A stretch of 64,000 bases of DNA from Minisyncoccia bacterium. Its GTDB lineage: Bacteria > Patescibacteriota > Minisyncoccia > UBA6257 > 2-01-FULL-56-20. The translations under genes and the position numbers were made by a program. This document shows positions 18,089-27,585 of this stretch, piece by piece. Where the stretch lies: NCBI GenBank assembly GCA_050015515.1, contig JBEKBG010000002.1:18777-82776 (forward strand), read 5' to 3'. Position 1 is the first letter of the stretch, and the number at the start of each line of letters is the position of its first letter. The notes under the pieces are model-generated. The model was not told the origin of the DNA. It saw nothing but the letters and a program-made list of their open reading frames with translations, and ran no database searches.

Positions 18089-18631
18089 ATGGATGAAGAG
18101 AATAAGTCGGAACCGCAGAATAGCAGTGAAGCGGAGCCGCACCGTTCGCATGTGCAGGTTTTTGGTATGGACGTGAACACATCGTCCGAATCCAAAGAGG
18201 ATTGGCGCGCGCGCAAGGACGAGTGGAAAAAACAGCATCACGAACAGCGGGATCAGCAGCGGGCAGAGCACCGCGAGCAACGGAAGGCGCAGCATGAGCA
18301 ATGGCGTCACGACCATCATCACGAAGGTGGTCTGTTCTTCGGGATGATCGTACTCTTTGTGGGAGTCGTGGCACTGCTCTACACGATGGGCCTCGTCTCG
18401 CACGCGTTCTGGTACGTGATCCTGCCGTTCTGGCCGATCCTGCTCATCCTGTGGGGCGCGAGCATCATCCTTGGCCGCCACTGGTTCGCGCGGTTCATTG
18501 TTTTTCTCCTCGCGCTCGCGTTTCTTATCGTCGTCATCTTTTATGGCCTCGTCAAAACCGATTCGCCGGTCGTGAGCTCGCTTTCGCCCACCGTCGTTTC
18601 GGCAATCCAAAATACCCACACGCAATACTAA
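18089..18631 (+). CDS. LiaF/DUF5668-like membrane protein
   Basis: LFFGMIVLFVG...FWPILLILWG; His-rich charged N-terminus. Confidence 0.65.
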   Translation: MDEENKSEPQNSSEAEPHRSHVQVFGMDVNTSSESKEDWRARKDEWKKQHHEQRDQQRAEHREQRKAQHEQWRHDHHHEGGLFFGMIVLFVGVVALLYTMGLVSHAFWYVILPFWPILLILWGASIILGRHWFARFIVFLLALAFLIVVIFYGLVKTDSPVVSSLSPTVVSAIQNTHTQY

Positions 18632-18643
18632 TAAGACACTCTT

Positions 18644-19186
18644 ATGGGAGGAATCATCGTCGGCATCATCTTGATACTTATCGGCATCAGTGCCCTCACC
18701 GGCATTCCGTTTTTTGGTTTCCTCTTCGCCATCGTTCTTATCGCAATCGGCGTCCGCATGATCGCGCGGCGTTCGGTGCATAGCGGATGGCGCTGGGACG
18801 ATTATGACCACGATCATGACCATAACCATACGCACAAAACCGCGTCGGGCGAACGGAGCATCGACGAGGTCGCCATCTTCAGCCCGCTCAACAAATCCTA
18901 CACCGCTGAGCATTTTAAAGGAGGGAAGATCGTCATGGTCTTCTCCGGCGGAGAAGTGAATCTTACCCAGATCAAAACCGACGAGACCGAGATTCACCTG
19001 GAAGTCTCATCCATCTTCAGCGGCATTGAGATCGTCGTCCCCAAGGATTGGAAAGTAAAATCCAGCGCCAACGTCTTCCTCGGTAACGTAGACACGAGCG
19101 CTGCCCAAGGCGGTGACGGCACCACAACGCTGATCATCCACGGCGAAGCCGTCTTCGGGGAGATTGAGGTGCGGAAACAGAAGTAA
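18644..19186 (+). CDS. LiaF-like (DUF2154) membrane protein
   Basis: N-terminal TMs; FSGGEVNL, IFSGIEIVVPKDWKV, VFGEIEV. Confidence 0.75.
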   Translation: MGGIIVGIILILIGISALTGIPFFGFLFAIVLIAIGVRMIARRSVHSGWRWDDYDHDHDHNHTHKTASGERSIDEVAIFSPLNKSYTAEHFKGGKIVMVFSGGEVNLTQIKTDETEIHLEVSSIFSGIEIVVPKDWKVKSSANVFLGNVDTSAAQGGDGTTTLIIHGEAVFGEIEVRKQK

Positions 19187-19202
19187 TTATAATATTGAAG
19201 TC

Positions 19203-19892
19203 ATGGACGATGTCGCGAAGCAGTATAACGGATTTTCCAAAACCTATAGCGACAATCTTCAGGTTCAAGATGAAGTTGGGAATAGGGTGTTCTACGATGT
19301 CCTATCATCGATTGATATAAAAGAGAAAAAACTTTTGGATATTGGCTGTGGGGATGGTTCCGATCTTGTTAACTTTGAGAAAATGGGAGCGGTTTCATTT
19401 GGCATCGAGCCATCCGAAGAATTTGTAAAAGCGGCAAAAGAAAAATCACCACAACTGAATATTATAGTCGGGGCAGGGGAGAGCCTTCCGTTTTCCGACA
19501 AGGAATTTGATGTCGTCGTATCAAAATATGCATTACAGACTTCACCGAATGTTCAAAAAATTTTGAGCGAGGCGGCAAGAGTTTTAAAATCCGGAGGTTA
19601 TTTTATTTTCCTTTCAAAGCATCCAGTCAGACAGTTTCTGGAAAAGATCGAAACTTACAAGAAGCCTCAAGATATTAATTATTTCAATCAGAAAATCATT
19701 GATTCATTTATTTATGAGAAAAAAATTCATCTGCGCGAACCATCTCATACCCTTTCGGAATACTTTTCCAAAGACGTCTTCAAAAATTTCGATCTGCTCG
19801 ATTTTATAGAAGGCAGTGATTTTCCAGCATCCGAACAGATAAATGGGTATACCTATCCGACATTTTTTGTAGCAAAGCTTCTCCGTCGTTAA
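19203..19892 (+). CDS. Class I SAM-dependent methyltransferase
   Basis: LLDIGCGDG, LPFSDKEFDVV, RVLKSGG. Confidence 0.85.
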   Translation: MDDVAKQYNGFSKTYSDNLQVQDEVGNRVFYDVLSSIDIKEKKLLDIGCGDGSDLVNFEKMGAVSFGIEPSEEFVKAAKEKSPQLNIIVGAGESLPFSDKEFDVVVSKYALQTSPNVQKILSEAARVLKSGGYFIFLSKHPVRQFLEKIETYKKPQDINYFNQKIIDSFIYEKKIHLREPSHTLSEYFSKDVFKNFDLLDFIEGSDFPASEQINGYTYPTFFVAKLLRR

Positions 19893-19919
19893 GCGGCTTC
19901 GTATGCCAAGTGGCGATGT

Positions 19920-20044
19920 GGCCCTGCCTCCTTTCTTATGCTTTTTGAGGGACTATCGGAGGCCGCGAAGGCGGCCGAGATGGAGCGCCCGCGCAGCAGC
20001 GCGGGACGCGTGCCCGAAAAAAGCATAAGAAAGGAGGAAGGGCC
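19920..20044. repeat. Mirror-arm hairpin element, core family A (reverse orientation)
   Basis: About 27-bp arms; the reverse complement of the core has CCCGCG-CTGCTG-CGCGGG and GGCCGC-CTTC-GCGGCC. Confidence 0.85.
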
Positions 20045-20053
20045 GGAGCCCAT

Positions 20054-20290
20054 TTGACATTACACCCCGCTTTGCTATAATCGTCATCAAGGTTTGCTCG
20101 GACAGTTTTTATGCAAATATTTACCTCTTTAGCCTCGGTCTACGAACGCGAAATGCATTCGCGATCAGGCGCAGAAAAACGGTCGCCGTTTTCTCTGAAT
20201 CCCGTATAAAAGCGGGGTAGGTAGGTTGGTTTTGTAAAAAACTCCGGTTCCAAGCCGGAGTTAATCAATTTTTACTGGATTCCGAGCGTG
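20054..20290 (+). promoter_or_regulatory. rplC operon promoter and long structured 5' leader
   Basis: TTGACA-16-TATAAT; GCTCGGA/TCCGAGC and ATTTACCT/AGGTAGGT long-range pairs plus inner hairpins. Confidence 0.65.
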
Positions 20291-20327
20291 CTCATTCAAA
20301 GGAGTGCCCCTCCGGACGATCAAGAAA

Positions 20328-20891
20328 ATGTCATACATATTAGGTAAAAAAGTTAAAATGACGCAGATCTGGAAGGACGGCAAAGTCGTTCCGGTTACGG
20401 TCGTTCATGCGGAACCCAACAAGGTTTCCATTTTGCGTACCGCAGAGCGTGATGGTTACGAGGCCGTTCAGTTGACGTTGAGCAAGAAGAAGCGCGAGTT
20501 CAAGAACCGCCCAAACCAGAAGGTGGATGTTTCGGCATTAAAACTTGATGACGCGATCGGCGTCGATTCGTTCGCCGAAGGTGACAAGGTGCGCGTGAGC
20601 GGCATTACCAAGGGAAAAGGCTTTGCGGGCGTGGTCAAGCGTTATGATTTCCGCGGCGGCCCGAAGACCCACGGCCAGAAGAATCGCCATCGCCATCCTG
20701 GTTCCATCGGCTCCACTGCATTCCAGCGCGTCGTTCCGGGCCGCCGCATGGCCGGACACATGGGCGTGGAGCGCGTCACCATCAAGAACCTCGTCATCGC
20801 GGCTATCGATAAAGAGAACAATCTGCTTTTCTTGCGCGGCGCGGTGCCGGGCAATCGCGGCGGTCTCATCGAAATCTCAACCTCCAAATAA
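20328..20891 (+). CDS. rplC: 50S ribosomal protein L3
   Basis: GKKVKMTQ, KGKGFAGVVKR, MAGHMG. Confidence 0.97.
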   Translation: MSYILGKKVKMTQIWKDGKVVPVTVVHAEPNKVSILRTAERDGYEAVQLTLSKKKREFKNRPNQKVDVSALKLDDAIGVDSFAEGDKVRVSGITKGKGFAGVVKRYDFRGGPKTHGQKNRHRHPGSIGSTAFQRVVPGRRMAGHMGVERVTIKNLVIAAIDKENNLLFLRGAVPGNRGGLIEISTSK

Positions 20892-20910
20892 TAACTATCA
20901 TTTTCTTGGC

Positions 20911-21555
20911 ATGAAAGCCGACGTCTATAATTTAAAGAACGAAGTGGTGGGAACGGTTGAGTTGCCGTCGGCGGTTTTTGGCACCAAGTGGAATGCTGAG
21001 CTCGTGACTCAGGTTTTGGAAGCTCAGCTCGCGAACGCGCGCTCTCCGTGGGCGCACGTAAAGGATCGCAGCGAAGTGCGTGGCGGCGGCAAGAAGCCGT
21101 GGAGGCAAAAGGGAACCGGTCGCGCGCGGCACGGCTCCACTCGCTCTCCGATCTGGGTAGGCGGCGGAAAAGCGCATGGTCCCCGTAATGACAAAGATTA
21201 TTCGCAAAAGGTGAATAAAAAGATGAAGCGCGTCGCGCTCTTTTCCGTGCTTTCCAAAAAGGCAAAAGATGGCGAGGTCAAAATCTTTGATAGCCTGATG
21301 ATAGAGGCGCCGAAGACGAAGAATGTCGCAACGGCATTGAAGGCGGTGTTGTCGCCGAAGAAAGGAGATAAGCGCTTTGACGTTTTACTCGTCTCCGATA
21401 ATGCCAACAAGAATCTTTTCCGCGCAACGAGCAATCTTCAGAAGACGAAGACGATCGAGGCGGGTTCACTCAATGTGTACGATCTTATGAATCACAAGAA
21501 CCTCTTTATTGATAAGAGCGTCGTCGAGACGATCGAAAAGCACTATAAGATCTAA
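20911..21555 (+). CDS. rplD: 50S ribosomal protein L4
   Basis: GGGKKPWRQKGTGRARHGS. Confidence 0.97.
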   Translation: MKADVYNLKNEVVGTVELPSAVFGTKWNAELVTQVLEAQLANARSPWAHVKDRSEVRGGGKKPWRQKGTGRARHGSTRSPIWVGGGKAHGPRNDKDYSQKVNKKMKRVALFSVLSKKAKDGEVKIFDSLMIEAPKTKNVATALKAVLSPKKGDKRFDVLLVSDNANKNLFRATSNLQKTKTIEAGSLNVYDLMNHKNLFIDKSVVETIEKHYKI

Positions 21556-21557
21556 AT

Positions 21558-21833
21558 ATGGACCATCTTCTCATCAAAAAACCTTGGATCACGGAAAAAG
21601 CGACGGCGCTCACCGCTTCCAATCAATACGTTTTTATGGTAAAATTCACGGCGACGAAGCCGGAGGTCAAGAAAGCGATCCATGCGCTCTATAAAGTAGA
21701 TGCACTGTCCGTGAATATTTTGAATCGCGCGGGCAAGGTAAAAAAGTCCGGCCGCGGCATCAAAGGCAAGACCGGTGGCTACCGCAAGGCGATCGTCACT
21801 ATTAAAGAGGGACAAAAAATAGATCTGAACTAA
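21558..21833 (+). CDS. rplW: 50S ribosomal protein L23
   Basis: PWITEKA, RKAIVT. Confidence 0.96.
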   Translation: MDHLLIKKPWITEKATALTASNQYVFMVKFTATKPEVKKAIHALYKVDALSVNILNRAGKVKKSGRGIKGKTGGYRKAIVTIKEGQKIDLN

Positions 21834-21843
21834 TGCCAAAGGA

Positions 21844-22692
21844 ATGAAAAGTTACAAGCCTACAAGCGCTTCGCGGCGCCAAATGACATCTTCGGATTAC
21901 AGCACCCTTTCGAAAGGCGCGCGTCCTTATAAGCCGCTCGTAATTCGCTTGAAGTCCAATGCCGGCCGCAACTCGGCGGGCCGCATCACCGTGCGCCATC
22001 AGGGCGGTGGCAATAAGAAACTCTACCGCGTCATCGACTTCAAACAAAATCGCTTGAATTCCAAAGCGATCGTCGAGACGATCGAATACGATCCGTATCG
22101 CACGGCGTTCATCGCGCTCGTAAAATATGATGATGGCGCGCGTACCTATATTTTAGCTCCGGAAAAAATGAAGGTAGGGGATGAGATGGTGACGACGGAA
22201 GTGGCACCGATCAAGAGCGGCAATCGTATGCAGCTCAAAAATATTCCGGTGGGCCAGCAAGTTTATAATATTGAAATGGCGCCGGGACGTGGGGGGCAGC
22301 TCGCTCGCTCCGCCGGCGCATACGCCGAATTGCTCGCCAATGCCGATGGTTATACCGACCTCAAATTAAAGTCCGGCGAAGTGCGCCGCGTCCTCTGGAC
22401 ATGCCTCGCATCGCTCGGCCAGGTTTCGAACTCCGAATGGAGCTTGGTGAATTTTGGCAAAGCAGGCCGCTCGCGCTGGTTGGGCATCCGTCCGACGGTC
22501 CGTGGCAGTGCTATGAATCCGGTTGACCATCCGTACGGAGGCGGTGAAGGTGCACAGCCGCGCGGTACCCGGAAGCCGAAGACCATGTGGGGCAAGGTCA
22601 CCGGCGGTCACAAGACGCGCAATAAGAAAAAGCAGTCGAGCAAACTTATCGTCAAGCGTCGCGTTGGCATCCGTAATCGCAACAATAAATAG
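21844..22692 (+). CDS. rplB: 50S ribosomal protein L2
   Basis: RGSAMNPVDHPYGGGEG. Confidence 0.98.
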   Translation: MKSYKPTSASRRQMTSSDYSTLSKGARPYKPLVIRLKSNAGRNSAGRITVRHQGGGNKKLYRVIDFKQNRLNSKAIVETIEYDPYRTAFIALVKYDDGARTYILAPEKMKVGDEMVTTEVAPIKSGNRMQLKNIPVGQQVYNIEMAPGRGGQLARSAGAYAELLANADGYTDLKLKSGEVRRVLWTCLASLGQVSNSEWSLVNFGKAGRSRWLGIRPTVRGSAMNPVDHPYGGGEGAQPRGTRKPKTMWGKVTGGHKTRNKKKQSSKLIVKRRVGIRNRNNK

Positions 22693-22708
22693 TTTTTAAA
22701 TCACCACC

Positions 22709-23047
22709 ATGTCACGCTCACTCAAAAAAGGCCCGTTCGTCGATCCGAAACTCATGAAGAAAGTTTTAAATACCAAATCCGGCAGTGGCACGGTCATCAA
22801 GACGTGGTCGCGCGCATCGGAGATCGCGCCGGAATTTGTTGGGCAGGTGTTCGGCGTGCACAACGGCCGCACGCACGTTGAAGTGCGCGTCACCGAGGAA
22901 ATGGTGGGACATCGCTTGGGCGAATTTTCGCCGACGCGCAAGTTCATCCGCCACGGCGGCAAGATGCAGAAAGAATTAGAGACCAAGGCTGCCGATACGG
23001 CGAAGACCCAAACCGCTGCGGCGAAATCGGCACCGGCTAAAAAATAA
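22709..23047 (+). CDS. rpsS: 30S ribosomal protein S19
   Basis: [23 protein letters not shown]. Confidence 0.98.
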   Translation: MSRSLKKGPFVDPKLMKKVLNTKSGSGTVIKTWSRASEIAPEFVGQVFGVHNGRTHVEVRVTEEMVGHRLGEFSPTRKFIRHGGKMQKELETKAADTAKTQTAAAKSAPAKK

Positions 23048-23052
23048 AAACC

Positions 23053-23565
23053 ATGCCCACGCAATACACCGCAAAACTTAGTTTCCTCCGACAGGCGCCC
23101 CGCAAAGTGCGCAGCGTTGGCGACCTTATCAAGGGCTTGTCGGTGAACGAAGCGGAGGCGCAATTGCTCGCGCAGACCCGCCGCCCTTCAAAGGCGCTCC
23201 TGAAACTCTTACGCTCGGCGGTGGCAAATGCTAAAAACAACAAGGTTCATGATGTCCAACACCTTTTTGTATCAAGCGTTCGCGTAGACGGCGGCCCGAT
23301 GTTGAAGCGCATGCTTCCGCGCGCGCGCGGCAGTGCGTCGCCGATCCAGAAAAAAATGAGCCATGTGACGCTCGTGCTCGGCGTCAACGAGAACTTGAAG
23401 TCGCGCTTTACGATCGTCCCGCCAAAGAAGACGAAGCTTCCGCCGGGACAAGATGTGCGTTCAAAGAACAAGAAACCGAAAACTCCGGAGAGGGCAGTGC
23501 CGCAATCCAAGCAGACCCCGGGATTCTGGAAACGCCAATTCGGCCGTAAGGTAGTAGCGGAATAA
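23053..23565 (+). CDS. rplV: 50S ribosomal protein L22 with basic C-terminal extension
   Basis: APRKVR, SAVANA, PRARG. Confidence 0.96.
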   Translation: MPTQYTAKLSFLRQAPRKVRSVGDLIKGLSVNEAEAQLLAQTRRPSKALLKLLRSAVANAKNNKVHDVQHLFVSSVRVDGGPMLKRMLPRARGSASPIQKKMSHVTLVLGVNENLKSRFTIVPPKKTKLPPGQDVRSKNKKPKTPERAVPQSKQTPGFWKRQFGRKVVAE

Positions 23566-23573
23566 AAAATACT

Positions 23574-24314
23574 ATGGGACAAAAGATCAATCCAAATTCA
23601 TATCGGTTGGGTATCTCGAAAGGCTGGCCAGTGCGCTGGTTCCTTAAAGGCGGCTATGCAAAATTCCTGGAAGAGGATGAAGCGATCCGTAACACAATCA
23701 ATAAGAAGATCGCGCTCGCCGGCGTCGCCGCGATCGAAATCGAGCGCACACAGGGAAATCTTCGCGTGTTCATTCGCGCCGCCCGCCCGGGGCTTATCAT
23801 TGGCCGCGGCGGCAAAGGTATGGAAGATCTCAACAAAGCGATCGTTGACGCGCTCATGAAAGTGCGTAAGACGCGCTCTAAAGTCGCGCTCAGCTTAAAT
23901 GTAGAGGAGTTGAAGCGCTCCGATGTTTCCGCCCGCTATCTTGCCCAGCAGATGGCGTGGGATCTCGAAAAGCGCATCCGCTTCCGTCGGACCATGAAGA
24001 AATATTTGGAGCAGGTCATGCAGAACCGCGGCGTCAAAGGTGCGAAGATCCTCATGAAGGGCCGCTTGGACGGAAATGAGATCGCGCGCAACGAACACCT
24101 TTCAAAGGGCTCACTTCCATTGCAGACGCTTCGCGCCGATATTGATTACGGTACCGCTACCGCGTTCACCACATATGGTACGATCGGCATTCGCGTGTGG
24201 ATATACAAAGGAGAGGTTTTTGCGAAAACCGCCAAACAAGAGGAGGAAGAATCCAATCGCGCACGGTCTTCGAGCCGCCGCGGCGAGCCGTCGCCTTTAC
24301 CTCCCAACTATTAA
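23574..24314 (+). CDS. rpsC: 30S ribosomal protein S3
   Basis: MGQKINP, PLQTLRADIDY. Confidence 0.98.
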   Translation: MGQKINPNSYRLGISKGWPVRWFLKGGYAKFLEEDEAIRNTINKKIALAGVAAIEIERTQGNLRVFIRAARPGLIIGRGGKGMEDLNKAIVDALMKVRKTRSKVALSLNVEELKRSDVSARYLAQQMAWDLEKRIRFRRTMKKYLEQVMQNRGVKGAKILMKGRLDGNEIARNEHLSKGSLPLQTLRADIDYGTATAFTTYGTIGIRVWIYKGEVFAKTAKQEEEESNRARSSSRRGEPSPLPPNY

Positions 24315-24325
24315 TACCTTTTATC

Positions 24326-24736
24326 ATGCTTCTTCCTAAGAAAGTAAAACATCGCAAGTGGCAGAAAGGACGTTCCCGTAAGCGCTTGGTTGAAACGCGC
24401 GGGCTTACGTTGAGCTACGGTTCTTTCGGCCTCAAGTCCACGGAAGCGGCATGGGTGAATTCCCGCCAGATCGAAGCGGCGCGCAAAACGATCACAAACT
24501 ATCTCAAGCGCGATGGCCGCCTGTGGATCCGTATCTTCCCCGATAAGCCGATCACCCAGCAGGCTCCGGAGAAGACGCTCGGAGGCGGAAAAGGTTCGGT
24601 TGACCACTACGTATTTCCGGTAAAGCCGGGCCGCGTCCTTTTTGAGATCGATGGGGTGACCATGGTGCGCGCCAAAGAAGCATTACGCCTCGCGTCATTC
24701 AAACTTCCGGTAAAGACCCGTATCATGGTCAAATAA
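24326..24736 (+). CDS. rplP: 50S ribosomal protein L16
   Basis: MLLPKKVKHRK, QIEAAR, WIRIFPDKP. Confidence 0.97.
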   Translation: MLLPKKVKHRKWQKGRSRKRLVETRGLTLSYGSFGLKSTEAAWVNSRQIEAARKTITNYLKRDGRLWIRIFPDKPITQQAPEKTLGGGKGSVDHYVFPVKPGRVLFEIDGVTMVRAKEALRLASFKLPVKTRIMVK

Positions 24737-24752
24737 TTTTCATTACAAAGAC

Positions 24753-24956
24753 ATGAAGAAAAAAGAAATTCAGGAATTGAAGAACAAGTCACTTGGCGAG
24801 CTCGAACGGATCGTGCTTGAGGGTGGCGAGAAGTTGCGTGCCCTGCGATTTGACCTTGCAGCCGGAAAAGTGAAGAATGTGAACGAGCTTCACCAGACGC
24901 GCAAGAAGATCGCGCGGGCAAAAACATTCATCAATCAACATGGAAACGAAAAATAA
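24753..24956 (+). CDS. rpmC: 50S ribosomal protein L29
   Basis: LRFDLAAG...RKKIARAKT; position in operon. Confidence 0.93.
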   Translation: MKKKEIQELKNKSLGELERIVLEGGEKLRALRFDLAAGKVKNVNELHQTRKKIARAKTFINQHGNEK

Positions 24957-25188
24957 GAAAATAAGGAAGATCATCGGTACCGTTGTGTCGGACAAGATGA
25001 TGAAGACCCGCGTGGTCGCGGTGGCAAGCTTGAAGAAGCATCCGAAGTACCTCAAGTTCTATAAGGTGACGACCAAGTTCAAAGCGCACGACGAGAACAA
25101 CGAGTACAAGACGGGGGATAAGGTGACCATCGAGGAATGCCGTCCGCTCTCGCGCGAAAAGCGCTGGAGGATCATAAATAAGATTTAG
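24940..25188 (+). CDS. rpsQ: 30S ribosomal protein S17
   Basis: [17 protein letters not shown]. Confidence 0.97.
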   Translation: METKNKKIRKIIGTVVSDKMMKTRVVAVASLKKHPKYLKFYKVTTKFKAHDENNEYKTGDKVTIEECRPLSREKRWRIINKI

Positions 25189-25189
25189 C

Positions 25190-25558
25190 ATGATACAAGA
25201 ACGATCGGTCATAAAAGTTGCGGATAACAGCGGCGCCAAGGTGGTGCGGTGTTTCCGCATCCTCGGCGGAACCCATCATCGCTACGCGGGCGTGGGCGAC
25301 GTCATCGTCGCTTCCGTGCAGAGCGCGGAGCCGCGCAAGGCGGTCAAAAAAAAGGATGTGGTGAAAGTGCTCGTGGTTCGTACCAAGAACGCTTTGCGCC
25401 GCAAGGATGGTTCCTACGTCCGCTTTGACGAGAATGCGGTCGTGCTCATCGACGCGAAGAAGGAACCGACGGCGACCCGCATCTTCGGTCCGCTTCCGCG
25501 CGAGCTCAAAGAAAAGGGCTTCGAAAAATTAATGACCATGGCCGAAGAAATCGTGTAA
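25190..25558 (+). CDS. rplN: 50S ribosomal protein L14
   Basis: VADNSGAK, FDENAVV. Confidence 0.98.
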   Translation: MIQERSVIKVADNSGAKVVRCFRILGGTHHRYAGVGDVIVASVQSAEPRKAVKKKDVVKVLVVRTKNALRRKDGSYVRFDENAVVLIDAKKEPTATRIFGPLPRELKEKGFEKLMTMAEEIV

Positions 25559-25577
25559 CCTCAAAAAATATTGACCC

Positions 25578-25886
25578 ATGAAACTCAAGAAAGGAGACAA
25601 CGTAAAAGTGCTGGCAGGCAAGGATCGCGGGAAGACCGGGGTGGTGTTGAGGGCGTTCCCGGAAGATGATCGCATCATGATCGACGGATTGAACGTCTTT
25701 AAAAAACGTTCCAAACCGCGCAAGCAGGGAGAGAAGGGCCAGGTGGTCGCCGTCTCGCGCCCACTCGCCGCTTCCAAGGTGATGATCATTTGCCCGAACT
25801 GCAAGTCGCCGACCCGGATCGGCGGCCGCACAGAAGGAAGCCGCAAGGTTCGCTACTGCAAAAAATGCAAAGCAACACTCTCATAA
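25578..25886 (+). CDS. rplX: 50S ribosomal protein L24
   Basis: KKGDNVKVLAGKDRGK; C-terminal CxxC pairs. Confidence 0.97.
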   Translation: MKLKKGDNVKVLAGKDRGKTGVVLRAFPEDDRIMIDGLNVFKKRSKPRKQGEKGQVVAVSRPLAASKVMIICPNCKSPTRIGGRTEGSRKVRYCKKCKATLS

Positions 25887-25894
25887 CTACCGCC

Positions 25895-26443
25895 ATGGCT
25901 GAAACAAAAAAAACACATTCGGATAGAAAAGCGATGCGCGCCTTCATTGAGAAGGTCGTCATTGATGCGGGCGTTGGCCGCTTGAGCCAACAGCCGAGTT
26001 TTGAGGAAAAGATCCTGCCCCAGGTCTTGCGCGATATCGCCGCGGTTGCGGGTCAGACTCCGCAATTACGCAAGGCAAAGGAGTCTATCGCCGGATTCAA
26101 GTTACGCGAGGGAACTATCGTTGGCCTCCGGGTCACGCTTCGCCGCGAGAAAGCAGTTGATTTTTTTGAGCGTTTGATTACAATAGTGTTACCTCGCGTT
26201 CGAGATTTTGGTGGATTGGAACATTCCGCGATCGATCAGGGCGGCACCCTTAATGTGGGCGTCCGCGACCATTTGGTATTTCCGGAGATCGCGCCGGAGA
26301 AATCGCCGGTGTCGTTCTCGATCGGCGTCAGCGTGGTGCCGAAGGTGCGCAACCGCGTAAAGTCGGTGGAGAAGTTCGCCGCGTTCGGCGTGCCGATGAA
26401 GAAAGACGCGCCGGTAGGCAAAAAGCCTAAAAATAAGAAGTAA
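25895..26443 (+). CDS. rplE: 50S ribosomal protein L5
   Basis: SIAGFKLREG, LPRVRDF. Confidence 0.96.
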   Translation: MAETKKTHSDRKAMRAFIEKVVIDAGVGRLSQQPSFEEKILPQVLRDIAAVAGQTPQLRKAKESIAGFKLREGTIVGLRVTLRREKAVDFFERLITIVLPRVRDFGGLEHSAIDQGGTLNVGVRDHLVFPEIAPEKSPVSFSIGVSVVPKVRNRVKSVEKFAAFGVPMKKDAPVGKKPKNKK

Positions 26444-26448
26444 GTAAT

Positions 26449-26634
26449 ATGGCAAAAGAATCCGTCATCGCGCGAAGCAAAAAGCGACCAAAATATTCAT
26501 CCCGCATCGTGCGGCGCTGTTTCCGCTGCGGCCGCAAGCGTGGGTTCATGCGCGATTTCGGGCTTTGCCGCATCTGCTTCCGCGAAATGGCGACCGCGAG
26601 CCAGATCCCGGGGATAAAAAAGGCCAGCTGGTAA
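26449..26634 (+). CDS. rpsN: 30S ribosomal protein S14 (Zn-binding type Z)
   Basis: RCFRCGR...LCRICFRE; 61 aa. Confidence 0.97.
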   Translation: MAKESVIARSKKRPKYSSRIVRRCFRCGRKRGFMRDFGLCRICFREMATASQIPGIKKASW

Positions 26635-26638
26635 TCAT

Positions 26639-27019
26639 ATGCACTACAACATCCTTTCCGAACTTAAAAACGCCACGAGGGCAAAGAAGGACAAGATCGT
26701 CTTCCCGTTCACGAAGATGGATTTTGCGATCCTCACAAAACTCGCCGAGAACGATTACGTAAAGAGCGCGGAAAAGGAAGCGGCCGGCAAAAAAAATATC
26801 ATCACGGTGCGTCTCGCGTACAAGAACAAAGAGGCCGTAGTGAATGATTTTAAGATCATGAGCAAGCCGAGTCGCCACACCTATGCGGACTATCGTAGCC
26901 TTCCGACGGTCAAGCAGGGACACGGCCTTGCGATGCTTTCCACTTCAAAAGGGATCATGACCGGCCGCGAGGCGAAAAAACAGAAGGTCGGCGGGGAATA
27001 TCTTTTTGAAATCTGGTAA
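26639..27019 (+). CDS. rpsH: 30S ribosomal protein S8
   Basis: SKPSR, LSTSKGIMT, GGEYL. Confidence 0.96.
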   Translation: MHYNILSELKNATRAKKDKIVFPFTKMDFAILTKLAENDYVKSAEKEAAGKKNIITVRLAYKNKEAVVNDFKIMSKPSRHTYADYRSLPTVKQGHGLAMLSTSKGIMTGREAKKQKVGGEYLFEIW

Positions 27020-27031
27020 ATATTTAATCTT

Positions 27032-27574
27032 ATGAGCCGACTTATTAAAAAACCTATTGCGATCGTGGGCGGCGCGACCCTCGTACAAAACGGCGACGTT
27101 TTGACGATCAAGGGCCCGAAGGGAGAACTGACGATCGCTCTTCCAGCCGGAGTGGAAGTAAAGACCGAGGGCACGAACTTTTGGGTCAGCACGACTCCGG
27201 AGGTAAAGACAACGGCGTTGCAAGGTACCGTCTGGGCGCTTGCCAAGAACGCGGTTGAAGGCGTGACGATCGGGTTTACTAAAGCATTGGAGGTCGAGGG
27301 TGTCGGCTATCGCGCGGTACTTGAAGGAAAGGAATTGGTACTATTCCTCGGTTATGCGTTGCCGGTGCGTGTGCCCGTGCCGGAACATATTGCCATCGCC
27401 GTTGATAAGAATACTATTACGGTGACGGGAATTGATAAGGATGCTGTCGGGCAGGCTGCCGCGGAAATTCGCGCGCTCAAAAAGCCGGAGCCGTACAAAG
27501 GCAAGGGCATCCACTATCAAGGCGAGGTGATCCGCAGAAAGGTTGGCAAGAAAGCGGGAACAACCGTTGCGTAA
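27032..27574 (+). CDS. rplF: 50S ribosomal protein L6
   Basis: KGPKGEL, PEPYKGKGI. Confidence 0.97.
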   Translation: MSRLIKKPIAIVGGATLVQNGDVLTIKGPKGELTIALPAGVEVKTEGTNFWVSTTPEVKTTALQGTVWALAKNAVEGVTIGFTKALEVEGVGYRAVLEGKELVLFLGYALPVRVPVPEHIAIAVDKNTITVTGIDKDAVGQAAAEIRALKKPEPYKGKGIHYQGEVIRRKVGKKAGTTVA

Positions 27575-27585
27575 TATATATTCCC

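Noticed and set aside
20623-20910. Long N-terminal extensions in the ORF track (rplD, rplP, rplE, map, mgtA, pilin)
   Set aside because: They overlap upstream genes or promoters; starts were reassigned to downstream ATGs matching the family N-termini.
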